The notes beneath the pieces were generated by a model, which was given only the letters and a program-made list of their open reading frames with translations, made no database searches and was not told the origin of the DNA. From Betaproteobacteria bacterium (GTDB lineage: Bacteria > Pseudomonadota > Gammaproteobacteria > Burkholderiales > JACQAP01), in the NCBI GenBank assembly GCA_025351455.1, contig JANXVW010000133.1, positions 1 to 53,719 of the forward strand: DNA of 53,719 nt. The letters are read 5' to 3'. Positions 37,353-47,434 of the stretch are shown here, piece by piece (position 1 is the stretch's first letter; each line of letters starts with the position of its first letter). A program made the position numbers and the translations under genes.

Positions 37353-37973
37353 TCAGGAAGCGGTCTTTTTCTGCGGCTGCTTGAAGGCCTCCGGCCCGGG
37401 GGCGGAAGCATCCGGCTTGCCTTCGCCCGCGGCGCCGGCGAAATTGCTGCCGAACGGGAAGTTGCCGAAAATCGAGCGGGCCTGTTTCTGCAGTTGTTGC
37501 TGCATGTCGAGGAAAGTGGTTGCGCTTTGCTCGAGGTAGCTCGACATCAGGCCCTGGATGGTGGGGCCCTGCATTTTCACGAACTGGCTCCAGGCTTCTG
37601 CGTTCAGTATCGGATTGTCGCCGAACTTCGGCACGCTTTGCTCCTGCAATCTGCGCTGGATCTCGACGAAGGTCTGAATGTTCTTGTCCAGGTAGCTGCC
37701 CATCATCCCTTGCATGGCATTGCCGTAGAAGCGAATGATTTGCGACAGCATGTCCGACGAGAACATCGGCGCCCCTGCGCTTTCCTCCTCAAGGATGATC
37801 TGCAGCAGGATGGCGCGTGTCAGGTCTTCTTCGCTCTTCGCATCGACCACTTTAAATATCACCTGGTCGAGTACGAGCTGCTTCACGTCAGCGAGCGTGA
37901 TGTAGCTGCTGGTGGCCGTGTCGTACAAGCGGCGATTCGGATATTTCTTAATCAGGCGGAGTTCTTCAGTCAT
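37353..37973 (-). CDS. phaR: Polyhydroxyalkanoate synthesis repressor PhaR
   Basis: [27 protein letters not shown] is the PhaR N-terminal DNA-binding motif. Start at MTEELRL (37973). Confidence 0.9.
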   Translation of the reverse strand: MTEELRLIKKYPNRRLYDTATSSYITLADVKQLVLDQVIFKVVDAKSEEDLTRAILLQIILEEESAGAPMFSSDMLSQIIRFYGNAMQGMMGSYLDKNIQTFVEIQRRLQEQSVPKFGDNPILNAEAWSQFVKMQGPTIQGLMSSYLEQSATTFLDMQQQLQKQARSIFGNFPFGSNFAGAAGEGKPDASAPGPEAFKQPQKKTAS

Positions 37974-38110
37974 TTTTGTGCAGTCCGGAAAGTTGCTCTG
38001 CATTCCTAGTTGGAGAGACCGGCGAAAGGTCTGCCGCAGCGCGCGAGACGGGCATTATAACCATATGAAAATTAGGTTTTACTAAAGTTTATGCGTTGCG
38101 AAAGAAATAT

Positions 38111-38139
38111 TTGACACCCATTTTCGCCATGCTTACTAT
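38111..38139 (+). promoter_or_regulatory. Sigma70 promoter of the phasin gene
   Basis: TTGACA (38111-38116), 17 nt spacer, TACTAT (38134-38139), in an AT-rich spacer 82 nt upstream of the phasin ATG. Confidence 0.7.
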
Positions 38140-38143
38140 GGAG

Positions 38144-38160
38144 TTGCTGCAACGCAGCAA
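38144..38160. promoter_or_regulatory. TGC-rich palindrome, candidate PhaR operator overlapping the predicted phasin transcription start
   Basis: TTGCTGC-AAC-GCAGCAA (7-bp perfect arms) lies immediately downstream of the -10 box. Confidence 0.4.
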
Positions 38161-38220
38161 TAGACTCGCGAGCCGATCAGGGAAAACCCGTTTGTTTTAT
38201 TAAGATTATGAGGTTACGAT

Positions 38221-38763
38221 ATGAATCAAGCTGCTGAGAAATTTGTCGCACTGAACAAGAAACAGATGGAGACTGCGGTTCAGGCATTTCAGATCGGATT
38301 CGGCGCGTGGGAAATGCTGGTCAAACTAAATCTCGAGGCCGCTCGATCGCTACTGCAAGAAGGGGTGGTAACGGTGCCGAACCTGACTTCGGTGTACGAC
38401 CAGGCTGGTTTTTCGGATTGGTCCAGTGGCCAGGCTCGGGCTACCCTCGATAAGGTGTCGGGCTATTCCCGCAACGTTTATGAGATCTTCGGGGACGCAT
38501 CGGGCAAGTTGGGTAACCTCCTGGAACAGACATTGCTTAGTACTGGTCAAGAAGTGGAAGAATGGGTCGATGAAGTGTTGAAGGCCTCTTCGATCCCGCA
38601 GCCGGAAGCCACGGCGGTCGCTGCCAAGGCGGCGATGGCGAATGCGAAGTCGGTCATAGAAGGAATTTCGAAGGCGGTCAGACAGACAGCCGGATACGCG
38701 GATGCGAACGTACGGGCGGCTGCTGAGGCGACGGCTCAGGTAGTCAAGGGCTCCGCGAAGTGA
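38221..38763 (+). CDS. phaP: Phasin-family PHA granule protein
   Basis: 180 aa, Ala/Glu/Lys-rich and helical. N-terminus FVALNKKQMETAVQAF... is typical of phasin_2. GAGG SD. Divergent from phaR. Confidence 0.8.
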   Translation: MNQAAEKFVALNKKQMETAVQAFQIGFGAWEMLVKLNLEAARSLLQEGVVTVPNLTSVYDQAGFSDWSSGQARATLDKVSGYSRNVYEIFGDASGKLGNLLEQTLLSTGQEVEEWVDEVLKASSIPQPEATAVAAKAAMANAKSVIEGISKAVRQTAGYADANVRAAAEATAQVVKGSAK

Positions 38764-38816
38764 CGGATTCAAGGCTCCTCCCCCTTTATCTAAAGGTTAT
38801 CCTTTGGTAAAGGTTC

Positions 38817-38848
38817 AACCCCGGTGGTAACTCACCGGGGTTTTTTTT
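38817..38848 (+). terminator. Rho-independent terminator of the phasin gene
   Basis: AACCCCGGTG, loop GTAACT, CACCGGGGTT (10-bp perfect stem), running into T8. Confidence 0.85.
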
Positions 38849-38905
38849 GCCCTTAATCAGTGCACAAAAGGTCACCGGGATGCCATGAAACGGCAGGGAC
38901 AAGGG

Positions 38906-39010
38906 CCGTGACTGCGTGACTATCGTGACTGACGTAGCTCGGTGAAAGGCCTTAAAACGCCTTGTAAGCCAGTCACGCAGTCACGTCGTCACGGCTTCAC
39001 GGCTTCACGA
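38906..39010. repeat. Octamer/nonamer-array hairpin element (CCGTGA-terminated family, copy C)
   Basis: Left arm CCGTGACTG CGTGACTAT CGTGACTGA CG (38906-38934). Loop 34 nt. The right arm has five TCACG-ending 8-mers (38970-39009). Confidence 0.9.
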
Positions 39011-39748
39011 CATATGCTGCCCGCCGTTGATCGAAATATTGGCGCCGGTGACGAAGGCGGCTTCATCGGAAGCCAGGTAAATGATCAACCCTGCCACTTC
39101 TGCAGGCAATCCGAGCCGATTCAGCGGGATCTGCGGCAGGATCTTCGAATCCAGGATGTCCTGGGGAATCGCGGTAACCATCTTGGTGCCGATGTAGCCG
39201 GGCGAAATGGTGTTAACCGTCACGCCCTTGCGCGCCACCTCATAGGCCAGCGCCTTGGTAAAGCCGTGCATGCCCGCTTTGGCGGCGGAATAGTTGGTCT
39301 GTCCGAACGCGCCTTTCTGGGCGTTGACCGATGACACGTTGATGATGCGGCCCCAACCGCGATCGACCATGCCGTCGAGTACCTGCTTGGTCATATTAAA
39401 TACGCTGTCGAGATTGGTGCGAATGACGGCGTCCCAGTCCGCTTTGGTCATTTTCTTGAATGTCATATCGCGCGTGATGCCGGCGTTGTTCACCAGCACG
39501 TCGACCGGGCCGACTTCCGCGTGCACCTTTTTCAGGCACGCCGCGCTCGAATCAAAATCGGCCACGTCGACCGCGTACCCGTGAAAATCATAGCCGCGCT
39601 TCTTCATGCCCGCGAGCCACTCGGATGCTGTCTTGTTTCCCGGCGAGTAAGTCGTCACGACGGAATAGCCGGCGTCTGCCATTTTGGTGCAGATGGATTC
39701 GCCCAATCCCCCCATGCCCCCGGTTACCACAACAATTCTTTTTGCCAT
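39005..39748 (-). CDS. phaB: Acetoacetyl-CoA reductase (NADPH), PhaB
   Basis: MAKRIVVVTGGMGGLGESI Rossmann motif, SDR catalytic YSAAKAG, C-terminus ISINGGQHMS as in PhaB. Adjacent to phaC. Confidence 0.93.
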   Translation of the reverse strand: MAKRIVVVTGGMGGLGESICTKMADAGYSVVTTYSPGNKTASEWLAGMKKRGYDFHGYAVDVADFDSSAACLKKVHAEVGPVDVLVNNAGITRDMTFKKMTKADWDAVIRTNLDSVFNMTKQVLDGMVDRGWGRIINVSSVNAQKGAFGQTNYSAAKAGMHGFTKALAYEVARKGVTVNTISPGYIGTKMVTAIPQDILDSKILPQIPLNRLGLPAEVAGLIIYLASDEAAFVTGANISINGGQHMS

Positions 39749-39794
39749 GATTTTCTTCCTCCTCAATTCGTTTTTATTTTCCTGCCCGGTGCTG

Positions 39795-41525
39795 CTAAAC
39801 CGATTTCTCCCTCACATACCGACCCGGCGCGGCTTCGATCGCCGGATATTGCGCATTGCCCAAATCCGCCGCGGGCACCCGTTCGCCTGACCGGCTGCTC
39901 AACCAAGCCGCCCAGTGCGGCCACCAGCTGCCGGCTTGCTGCGTTGCGCTAACCAGCCACGCGTCCGCGTCCGCATGCGCGTCGTGCGACGCATTGATCC
40001 AGAAATGGCGGCGTTTTTTTGCGGCCGGATTCACGATCCCCGCGACATGGCCGCTCGCACCCAGCACGAATTCGGTCCGCCCGCCCAGCAGCGCTGCGCT
40101 TTCATGTGCAGACTTCCACGGAACGATATGGTCTTCCCGCGTTGCAAGAATGTAGGCGGGAAGGGTGATCGCGCCGAGATCAAGCGGAACGCCGCACACT
40201 TCGAGTCTACCGGGATTTTTCAGATTATTCTCGAGGTACATGTTGCGCAGATACCAGGCATAGAGGCGCCCGGGGAGATTGCTGCCGTCGGCATTCCAGT
40301 ACAGCAGGTCGAAGGCGCGCGGCGGCTTGCCCTTCAGATAGCTGTTGACGACGAAGTGCCAGATCAGGTCGTTGGCGCGCAGCGCCGCAAACGTGTTCGC
40401 GAGCTTGCTTCCCGACATCGCCCCAGACTCGCCGAACGCCTGTTCGTTGCGCTCGACGAATGCGCGGTCGACGAAGACGCTGATTTCACCCGGCTCTGTA
40501 AAATCCAGCAGTGTGGCGAGCAAGGTCAGGGAAGCGACGGACTCGTCGTTGCGCGCTGCCATCACCGCCAGTGCGCAGGAGAGCAGGGTACCGCCGACGC
40601 AAAAACCCAGCGCGTTGACCTTGTCGGCGCCACAAATTGCCTTGATTACCTGCAGCGGAGCCAGGACGCCTTCTTCGATGTAGTCGTTCCAGCCGAGATG
40701 CCCGAGTTCCGCCGGGATATTGCGCCACGATACGATGAACGTGCTGAGGCCCTGCTCGACGCAGAAACGCACAAAGGAATTCTCCGGCTGAAGGTCGAGA
40801 ATGTAGTACTTGTTGATGAACGGCGGCACGATCAGCAGCGGAGTTTCGTAAACACGCGCGGTCGTCGGTGAATACTGGATCAACTGCATGACTTCGTTTT
40901 CGAACACCACCGCTCCCGGCGTCACCGCAAGGTTGCGGCCGACTTCGAACGCCTGCTCGTCTGTCATGGAAATGCGTCCTCGGGCGACGTCACTGGCGAG
41001 CAGTTTCATGCCTTGTGCGAGGCTCTCCCCGCCGCTTTGCGCGGCGAGTTTGATGACTTCCGGGTTGGTTGTCGCGTAGTTATTCGGCGCCATCGCATCG
41101 GCGAGCTGACGCAGCTGGAATTGCAGGCGACGCCTGGCGTGCGGCTCCAGGTCAGCGAGGCTGCCGAGTTCGAGGAGAAATTTCGCGTTCAACTGGTAGG
41201 CCTGCTGCAGGTACTGGAAGAAGGGCAGTTGCCATTCGGCCGCCGCGAAACGGGTGTCGGCTTGCGCCGCGGGAATTGCGCCGTCCCCAACCGGCGCGGC
41301 CAGTTGCCCCCACAACGCAAAGTGGTCGCGATAGAACGATTCTTCGAGGGCGCGCAGTTTTGCGAGCTGCCGGGGGTCGGCGGTCACGAATATTTGCATA
41401 AGGGCCGCTACGTCCGGCGTGCCCGAGGACACGGGCAGATCGCGAAAGAGTTTCTCAACCATGCCGGCATTGGCGCGATTGATTTCCTGCAGCACGTCGC
41501 TCGTGGGCTTGGCGGAAGAGGTCAT
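39795..41525 (-). CDS. phaC: Class I poly(R)-hydroxyalkanoate synthase PhaC
   Basis: 576 aa. Lipase-box GFCVGG and the conserved PhaC N-terminal and alpha/beta-hydrolase regions. Confidence 0.93.
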   Translation of the reverse strand: MTSSAKPTSDVLQEINRANAGMVEKLFRDLPVSSGTPDVAALMQIFVTADPRQLAKLRALEESFYRDHFALWGQLAAPVGDGAIPAAQADTRFAAAEWQLPFFQYLQQAYQLNAKFLLELGSLADLEPHARRRLQFQLRQLADAMAPNNYATTNPEVIKLAAQSGGESLAQGMKLLASDVARGRISMTDEQAFEVGRNLAVTPGAVVFENEVMQLIQYSPTTARVYETPLLIVPPFINKYYILDLQPENSFVRFCVEQGLSTFIVSWRNIPAELGHLGWNDYIEEGVLAPLQVIKAICGADKVNALGFCVGGTLLSCALAVMAARNDESVASLTLLATLLDFTEPGEISVFVDRAFVERNEQAFGESGAMSGSKLANTFAALRANDLIWHFVVNSYLKGKPPRAFDLLYWNADGSNLPGRLYAWYLRNMYLENNLKNPGRLEVCGVPLDLGAITLPAYILATREDHIVPWKSAHESAALLGGRTEFVLGASGHVAGIVNPAAKKRRHFWINASHDAHADADAWLVSATQQAGSWWPHWAAWLSSRSGERVPAADLGNAQYPAIEAAPGRYVREKSV

Positions 41526-41590
41526 TGGCCGTCGAAAGTTCGGGCGCGTGGGAGGAATGAAGCAGATAGAATTCTTGTCTGCCCATTTGC

Positions 41591-41812
41591 GTGAGTCAAG
41601 CCCGCCCCGTGTACATCGTCGCCATCGGCTGGCTCTTCGTCATCATCATGATGGCGATCACCTCGACAAGCTTCCTGTCGGGCGGGGTGACGCTGTTTTG
41701 CTACGGCATCCTGCCGCTGGGCTTGTTCCTGTGGATCGTCGGCACGCCCCAGCGCAGGCGGCGTGCGGCGTCACGCGATACCGCTGACGAAGAACCTCAC
41801 CAGCGCGATTGA
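41591..41812 (+). CDS. Hypothetical small two-TM membrane protein (weak call)
   Basis: 73-aa ORF with a GTG start and two hydrophobic helices. No SD, and the 3' end overlaps the ZIP gene by 42 nt. Confidence 0.3.
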   Translation: MSQARPVYIVAIGWLFVIIMMAITSTSFLSGGVTLFCYGILPLGLFLWIVGTPQRRRRAASRDTADEEPHQRD

Positions 41813-42547
41813 ACCGATGCCCAGGCAGATCAGCACCACCTGCTCGACGGTTGCGCGCAATTCAGGACGCCGGTGCAAGCCGGGAATCAGGTCGGCCACC
41901 GCCACGTAAATCATACTCGCCGCGGCCAGGCCAAGCAGCGTGGGCACCCAGTCCTGCAAGGAGCGCAACGCGTAATAGGCAAGCAGGCCGCCTAGCAGGG
42001 TCGCGCCGCTGGATATCAGATTGAAGGCGAATGCTTTGGCTTTGCTGAAGCCCGAATGCAGCAGGATGACAAAGTCGCCGACTTCCTGCGGTATCTCGTG
42101 GGCGATGATCGCCAGCGCCGTGACGATGCCCAGTCCCGTATCGGCCATGAAAGCCGCGGCAATCAGGATGCCGTCGACGAAATTGTGGATGGTGTCGCCG
42201 ACCATGATCATCATGCCGCTGCGGCCGTGGTCGTTCGCGTCCACATGATGGTCGTGTGCCTCGCACTCCTCCGTGTGGCAATGCCGCCAGAGCACCAGTT
42301 TCTCCAGGATGAAGAAGAACAGGATGCCACCGAGGATGACGGCGGCGAGGTTGTGCGCGCTCCCGCTTTGCTCGAAAGCGTGCGGCAGGATTTCCAGGAA
42401 CACCGCGCCGAGCAGCGCGCCGATGGCGTAGCTGATCAGCATCGGGACCTGATGCGCGGAGGCGCGCAGCGCGAGTACGGCGGCGGCGACTACGCTCAAA
42501 AACGCGCCGGCGACCGACGCGACGATGATCCAGGCAAGGGTGGACAT
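41771..42547 (-). CDS. ZIP-family divalent metal transporter
   Basis: About 258 aa from MSTLAWII. HEIPQEVGDFVILLHSG ZIP signature and a His-rich loop HTEECEAHDHHVDANDH. Confidence 0.85.
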   Translation of the reverse strand: MSTLAWIIVASVAGAFLSVVAAAVLALRASAHQVPMLISYAIGALLGAVFLEILPHAFEQSGSAHNLAAVILGGILFFFILEKLVLWRHCHTEECEAHDHHVDANDHGRSGMMIMVGDTIHNFVDGILIAAAFMADTGLGIVTALAIIAHEIPQEVGDFVILLHSGFSKAKAFAFNLISSGATLLGGLLAYYALRSLQDWVPTLLGLAAASMIYVAVADLIPGLHRRPELRATVEQVVLICLGIGSIALVRFFVSGIA

Positions 42548-42603
42548 GGGAACCGGACAAGTGAGCAAACGACGCAGTATAGCGGGCCTGCCAAGTCCGT
42601 CGG

Positions 42604-43341
42604 TCAGTCCTCGAACCAGATCAGCGCGGCCATGCGCCCCGAGACCTTGTCGCGCCGGTGGGAGAAGAAGCGCGCCGGATTTGAATAAGTGCATTGCCCG
42701 CCGCCAAACACGTTCGATACGCCCGCGCGGGCGAGGCGCTGGCGCGCAAGTATGAACAGGTCGGCAAGCCATTTGTCGGGCTTGTGCGGGCGAAACGCGT
42801 AGCCGGCGTCGGGATCGACGGCCATAAAGGCCTCACGGACTTCGTTCCCGACTTCGAATGCCGCGGGCCCGATGGCGGGGCCAAGATAGGCCAGCACGTC
42901 CTGCGGCTTGGCGTCGAGCGCATGCACGGTGTTTTCCAGGATGCCGGCAGCCAGCCCCCGCCAACCCGCATGGGCTGCCGCCACCGCGCCGCCGCTGCGC
43001 TCCGCGAACAGCACGGGCAGGCAGTCCGCGACCATGATGGCGCTGACGCAACCCGGCGTTGTTGCAACCGACGCATCCGCTGCGACGGGTTCGCCGACCG
43101 ATTCCGCGCCCACGACGATGGTACCGTGCACCTGATTCAGCCATTTCGGCTCCGCCGGAAGGAAATGTCGCAGCAAACCACGATTGGCGGCAACGACCGC
43201 TGGATCGTCCTCCACGCGCTGGCCCAGGTTCATGCTGGCGTAAGGTCCGCTGCCGCGGCCGCCATTGCGCGTGGTGATCAACGCGCGAACGCGCGCCGGC
43301 ACCGGCCACTCGGGCACGATCCAGTCGTCAGGCCGCTTCAT
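42604..43341 (-). CDS. pgeF: Peptidoglycan editing factor PgeF (YfiH, laccase-domain protein)
   Basis: 245 aa. NQVHGT..., ADCLPV and HAGWRG motifs. Downstream of rluD, as in E. coli. Confidence 0.88.
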   Translation of the reverse strand: MKRPDDWIVPEWPVPARVRALITTRNGGRGSGPYASMNLGQRVEDDPAVVAANRGLLRHFLPAEPKWLNQVHGTIVVGAESVGEPVAADASVATTPGCVSAIMVADCLPVLFAERSGGAVAAAHAGWRGLAAGILENTVHALDAKPQDVLAYLGPAIGPAAFEVGNEVREAFMAVDPDAGYAFRPHKPDKWLADLFILARQRLARAGVSNVFGGGQCTYSNPARFFSHRRDKVSGRMAALIWFED

Positions 43342-44308
43342 GTTTCAATGCGTCGATGAGGGCCACGATGTCGCCGGGCAGCGGCGACTCCCACGCGAGT
43401 GCTTCGCCGCTGGCGGGATGCATCAGCGCCAGCCTGGCGGCGTGCAACGCCTGCCTGGGGAAATCCAGCGCCGCTGCCGGCAAAGCCGCCTTGCGTTGCG
43501 GGCTGCCGTATACCTGATCGCCGATCAGCGGGTGGCCGATCGAGCTCAGGTGCACGCGAATCTGGTGGGTCCGGCCGGTTTCGAGCCGGCAGCGCACGTG
43601 TGACCAGCCGGCGCCATGCTGCACCGGAAAATAATAGGTCTTGGCCGGCTTTCCGCGGGCGACGACCGCCATACGCGTGCGATGCACCGGATGGCGGCCG
43701 ATCGGCGCGTCCACGGCACCTTCGCGTGTTAGTGCACCATGCACGAGGGCGGCGTATTCCCTGGTCACCGAGCGCGCCTGCAGTTGGCGCACCAGGTCAA
43801 CCTGCGCGGGAATGGTCTTGGCAACGACAAGGAGCCCGCTGGTGTCCTTGTCAAGGCGGTGGACGATGCCGGCGCGAGGCACGCCCGCCACGGCAGGGGC
43901 ATGGCGCAGAAGGGCGTTGAGCAACGTGCCGCTCCAGTTGCCGCTGCCCGGGTGAACCACCAGGCCGGCCGGCTTGTCGATCACCAGGATGTCCGCATCC
44001 TCGAAGACCACTGTCAGGGGAATTTCTTCGGCGGCGTGCTCGGTGACCGAGGGCAGGGCCTGGGGCGCCACGACGACCGTCTCGCCGCCCCAGACCTTGG
44101 TCTTGGCCGATACGGCGCTGCCGTCGAGCGTGATGTGTCCGCTGCGCATCCATTCCTGCAGGCGGTTGCGCGAATACTCCGGCAACAGGCGGGCAAGGGC
44201 CTGGTCGAAGCGCAATCCGGCGCAATCGACGGGAACGGCGAGACGCTGATGCCGGCCTGAAGCGGGGATTTCTATATAATCCGGCAAACTTTTTGTGGAA
44301 TCAGACAT
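43328..44308 (-). CDS. rluD: 23S rRNA pseudouridine synthase RluD
   Basis: S4 domain (RFDQALARLLPEYSRNRLQEWM), catalytic HRLDKDTSGLLVVAK, and GRTHQIRVH. Start at MSDSTKS (44308). Confidence 0.9.
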   Translation of the reverse strand: MSDSTKSLPDYIEIPASGRHQRLAVPVDCAGLRFDQALARLLPEYSRNRLQEWMRSGHITLDGSAVSAKTKVWGGETVVVAPQALPSVTEHAAEEIPLTVVFEDADILVIDKPAGLVVHPGSGNWSGTLLNALLRHAPAVAGVPRAGIVHRLDKDTSGLLVVAKTIPAQVDLVRQLQARSVTREYAALVHGALTREGAVDAPIGRHPVHRTRMAVVARGKPAKTYYFPVQHGAGWSHVRCRLETGRTHQIRVHLSSIGHPLIGDQVYGSPQRKAALPAAALDFPRQALHAARLALMHPASGEALAWESPLPGDIVALIDALKHEAA

Positions 44309-45077
44309 GAAACGTAGTTTAGCGATTCTTGCACTGCTGCTGGTTGCGGGGTGCGCATCGGATGCGTTCGACGAAACCAAGAATTGGGGGCCGGAGCGCA
44401 TCTACAGCGCTGCCCGCGAGGAACTCGAGAGCAGGAACTACCAGAAGGCGGTCGGCTATTACGAGAAGCTGGAAGCGCGCTATCCCTATGGGCGCTATGC
44501 GCAGATGGCTCAGATCGAGAGCGCCTATGCGTACTGGAAGGACAACGAAGTCGCGCAGGCACTCGCGGCCTGCGACCGCTTCATCAAGATGCATCCGGAC
44601 CACCCGAACGTCGACTATGCCTACTACCTGAAGGGGCGGATCAACTTCAACGACGACATGGGAATAATGGGTTACATCACCGTCAAGGACATGACCGAGC
44701 GGGATCCGCGGGCGGCACAGGATGCGTTCGATGCGTTTCGCGAGCTGGTTACGCGTTTTCCGCAGAGCCGTTACGCGCCCGATGCGCATGCTCGAATGAG
44801 CTATCTGGTGAACGCTCTGGCCTCGGCCGAGGTGAACGTTGCCGAATATTACCTGCGCAGGGGGGCCTACGTCGCGGCCGTCAATCGGGCTCAATACGCC
44901 TTGACCAACTATCCGCGCGCACCGGCGATCGAACGCGCCCTGGCCGTGCTGGTGAAAGCCTACGACGGGATGGGACTGAACGATCTGCGCGACGATGCCA
45001 ATCGAACATTGAATGCCAATTTTCCGGCGACGACGGTCAAGCTCGGGCAGCGTGGCAAATGGTGGAAGTTCTGGTGA
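44307..45077 (+). CDS. bamD: Outer membrane protein assembly factor BamD
   Basis: Lipoprotein signal MKRSLAILALLLVAGC and TPR-like YEKLEARYPYGRYAQMAQIESAYAYWK. Divergent from rluD, as in E. coli. Confidence 0.92.
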   Translation: MKRSLAILALLLVAGCASDAFDETKNWGPERIYSAAREELESRNYQKAVGYYEKLEARYPYGRYAQMAQIESAYAYWKDNEVAQALAACDRFIKMHPDHPNVDYAYYLKGRINFNDDMGIMGYITVKDMTERDPRAAQDAFDAFRELVTRFPQSRYAPDAHARMSYLVNALASAEVNVAEYYLRRGAYVAAVNRAQYALTNYPRAPAIERALAVLVKAYDGMGLNDLRDDANRTLNANFPATTVKLGQRGKWWKFW

Positions 45078-45111
45078 CCGGTTGAGGAAATCGGGCCTTG
45101 CCCGCACCGGC

Positions 45112-45237
45112 GTCGACCACCACGCGATTTCTGCCAGCGCGTTTCTTCTCGTTCAAGGCCTGATCCACCGCCACGAACAGTCCACGCACGCTGGCGTGGC
45201 AGCGGTGGCTGCGTGCTACGGGAGAGGAAAGCGTTAA
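45112..45237 (-). pseudogene. Remnant of the C-terminal end of a GGDEF (diguanylate cyclase) domain
   Basis: The minus-strand reading LTLSSPVARS...LFVAVDQALNEKKRAGRNRVVV mirrors the GGDEF end (VTxSxGVA...LLxxADxALYxAKxxGRNRV). There is no upstream GGDEF core. Confidence 0.4.
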
Positions 45238-45277
45238 GGAACTGCATACGGCAGGCGCAGCCAAAATTTAGTGGCCT

Positions 45278-47248
<1,971 letters not shown>

Positions 47249-47264
47249 CGTAGTCAAACCATTT

Positions 47265-47424
47265 CACCGCAAAGACGCAAAGGACGCAAAGCAGAACAGG
47301 AACTGACGATCACGAAAGGTTTGAGTGTTTCGAATTCAAGACCAGGAGCAAGTTCCATTTTTGCACGCTGTTTTCTGGATCCGCAAATTATGTTTTCCTC
47401 CGCGCTCTTTGCGTCTTTGCGGTG
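47265..47424. repeat. GCAAAG-unit inverted-arm element, copy 3 (160 bp)
   Basis: Left arm CACCGCAAAGACGCAAAGGACGCAAAG... and right arm ...GCGCTCTTTGCGTCTTTGCGGTG. The core is AT-rich and unrelated to those of copies 1 and 2. Confidence 0.85.
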
Positions 47425-47434
47425 AGGTGTTGTT

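Noticed and set aside
44319-45107. 262-aa ORF antisense to bamD, and the 244-aa alternate plus-strand frame
   Set aside because: The bamD lipoprotein signal and TPR sequence define the real frame. The others are artefacts.
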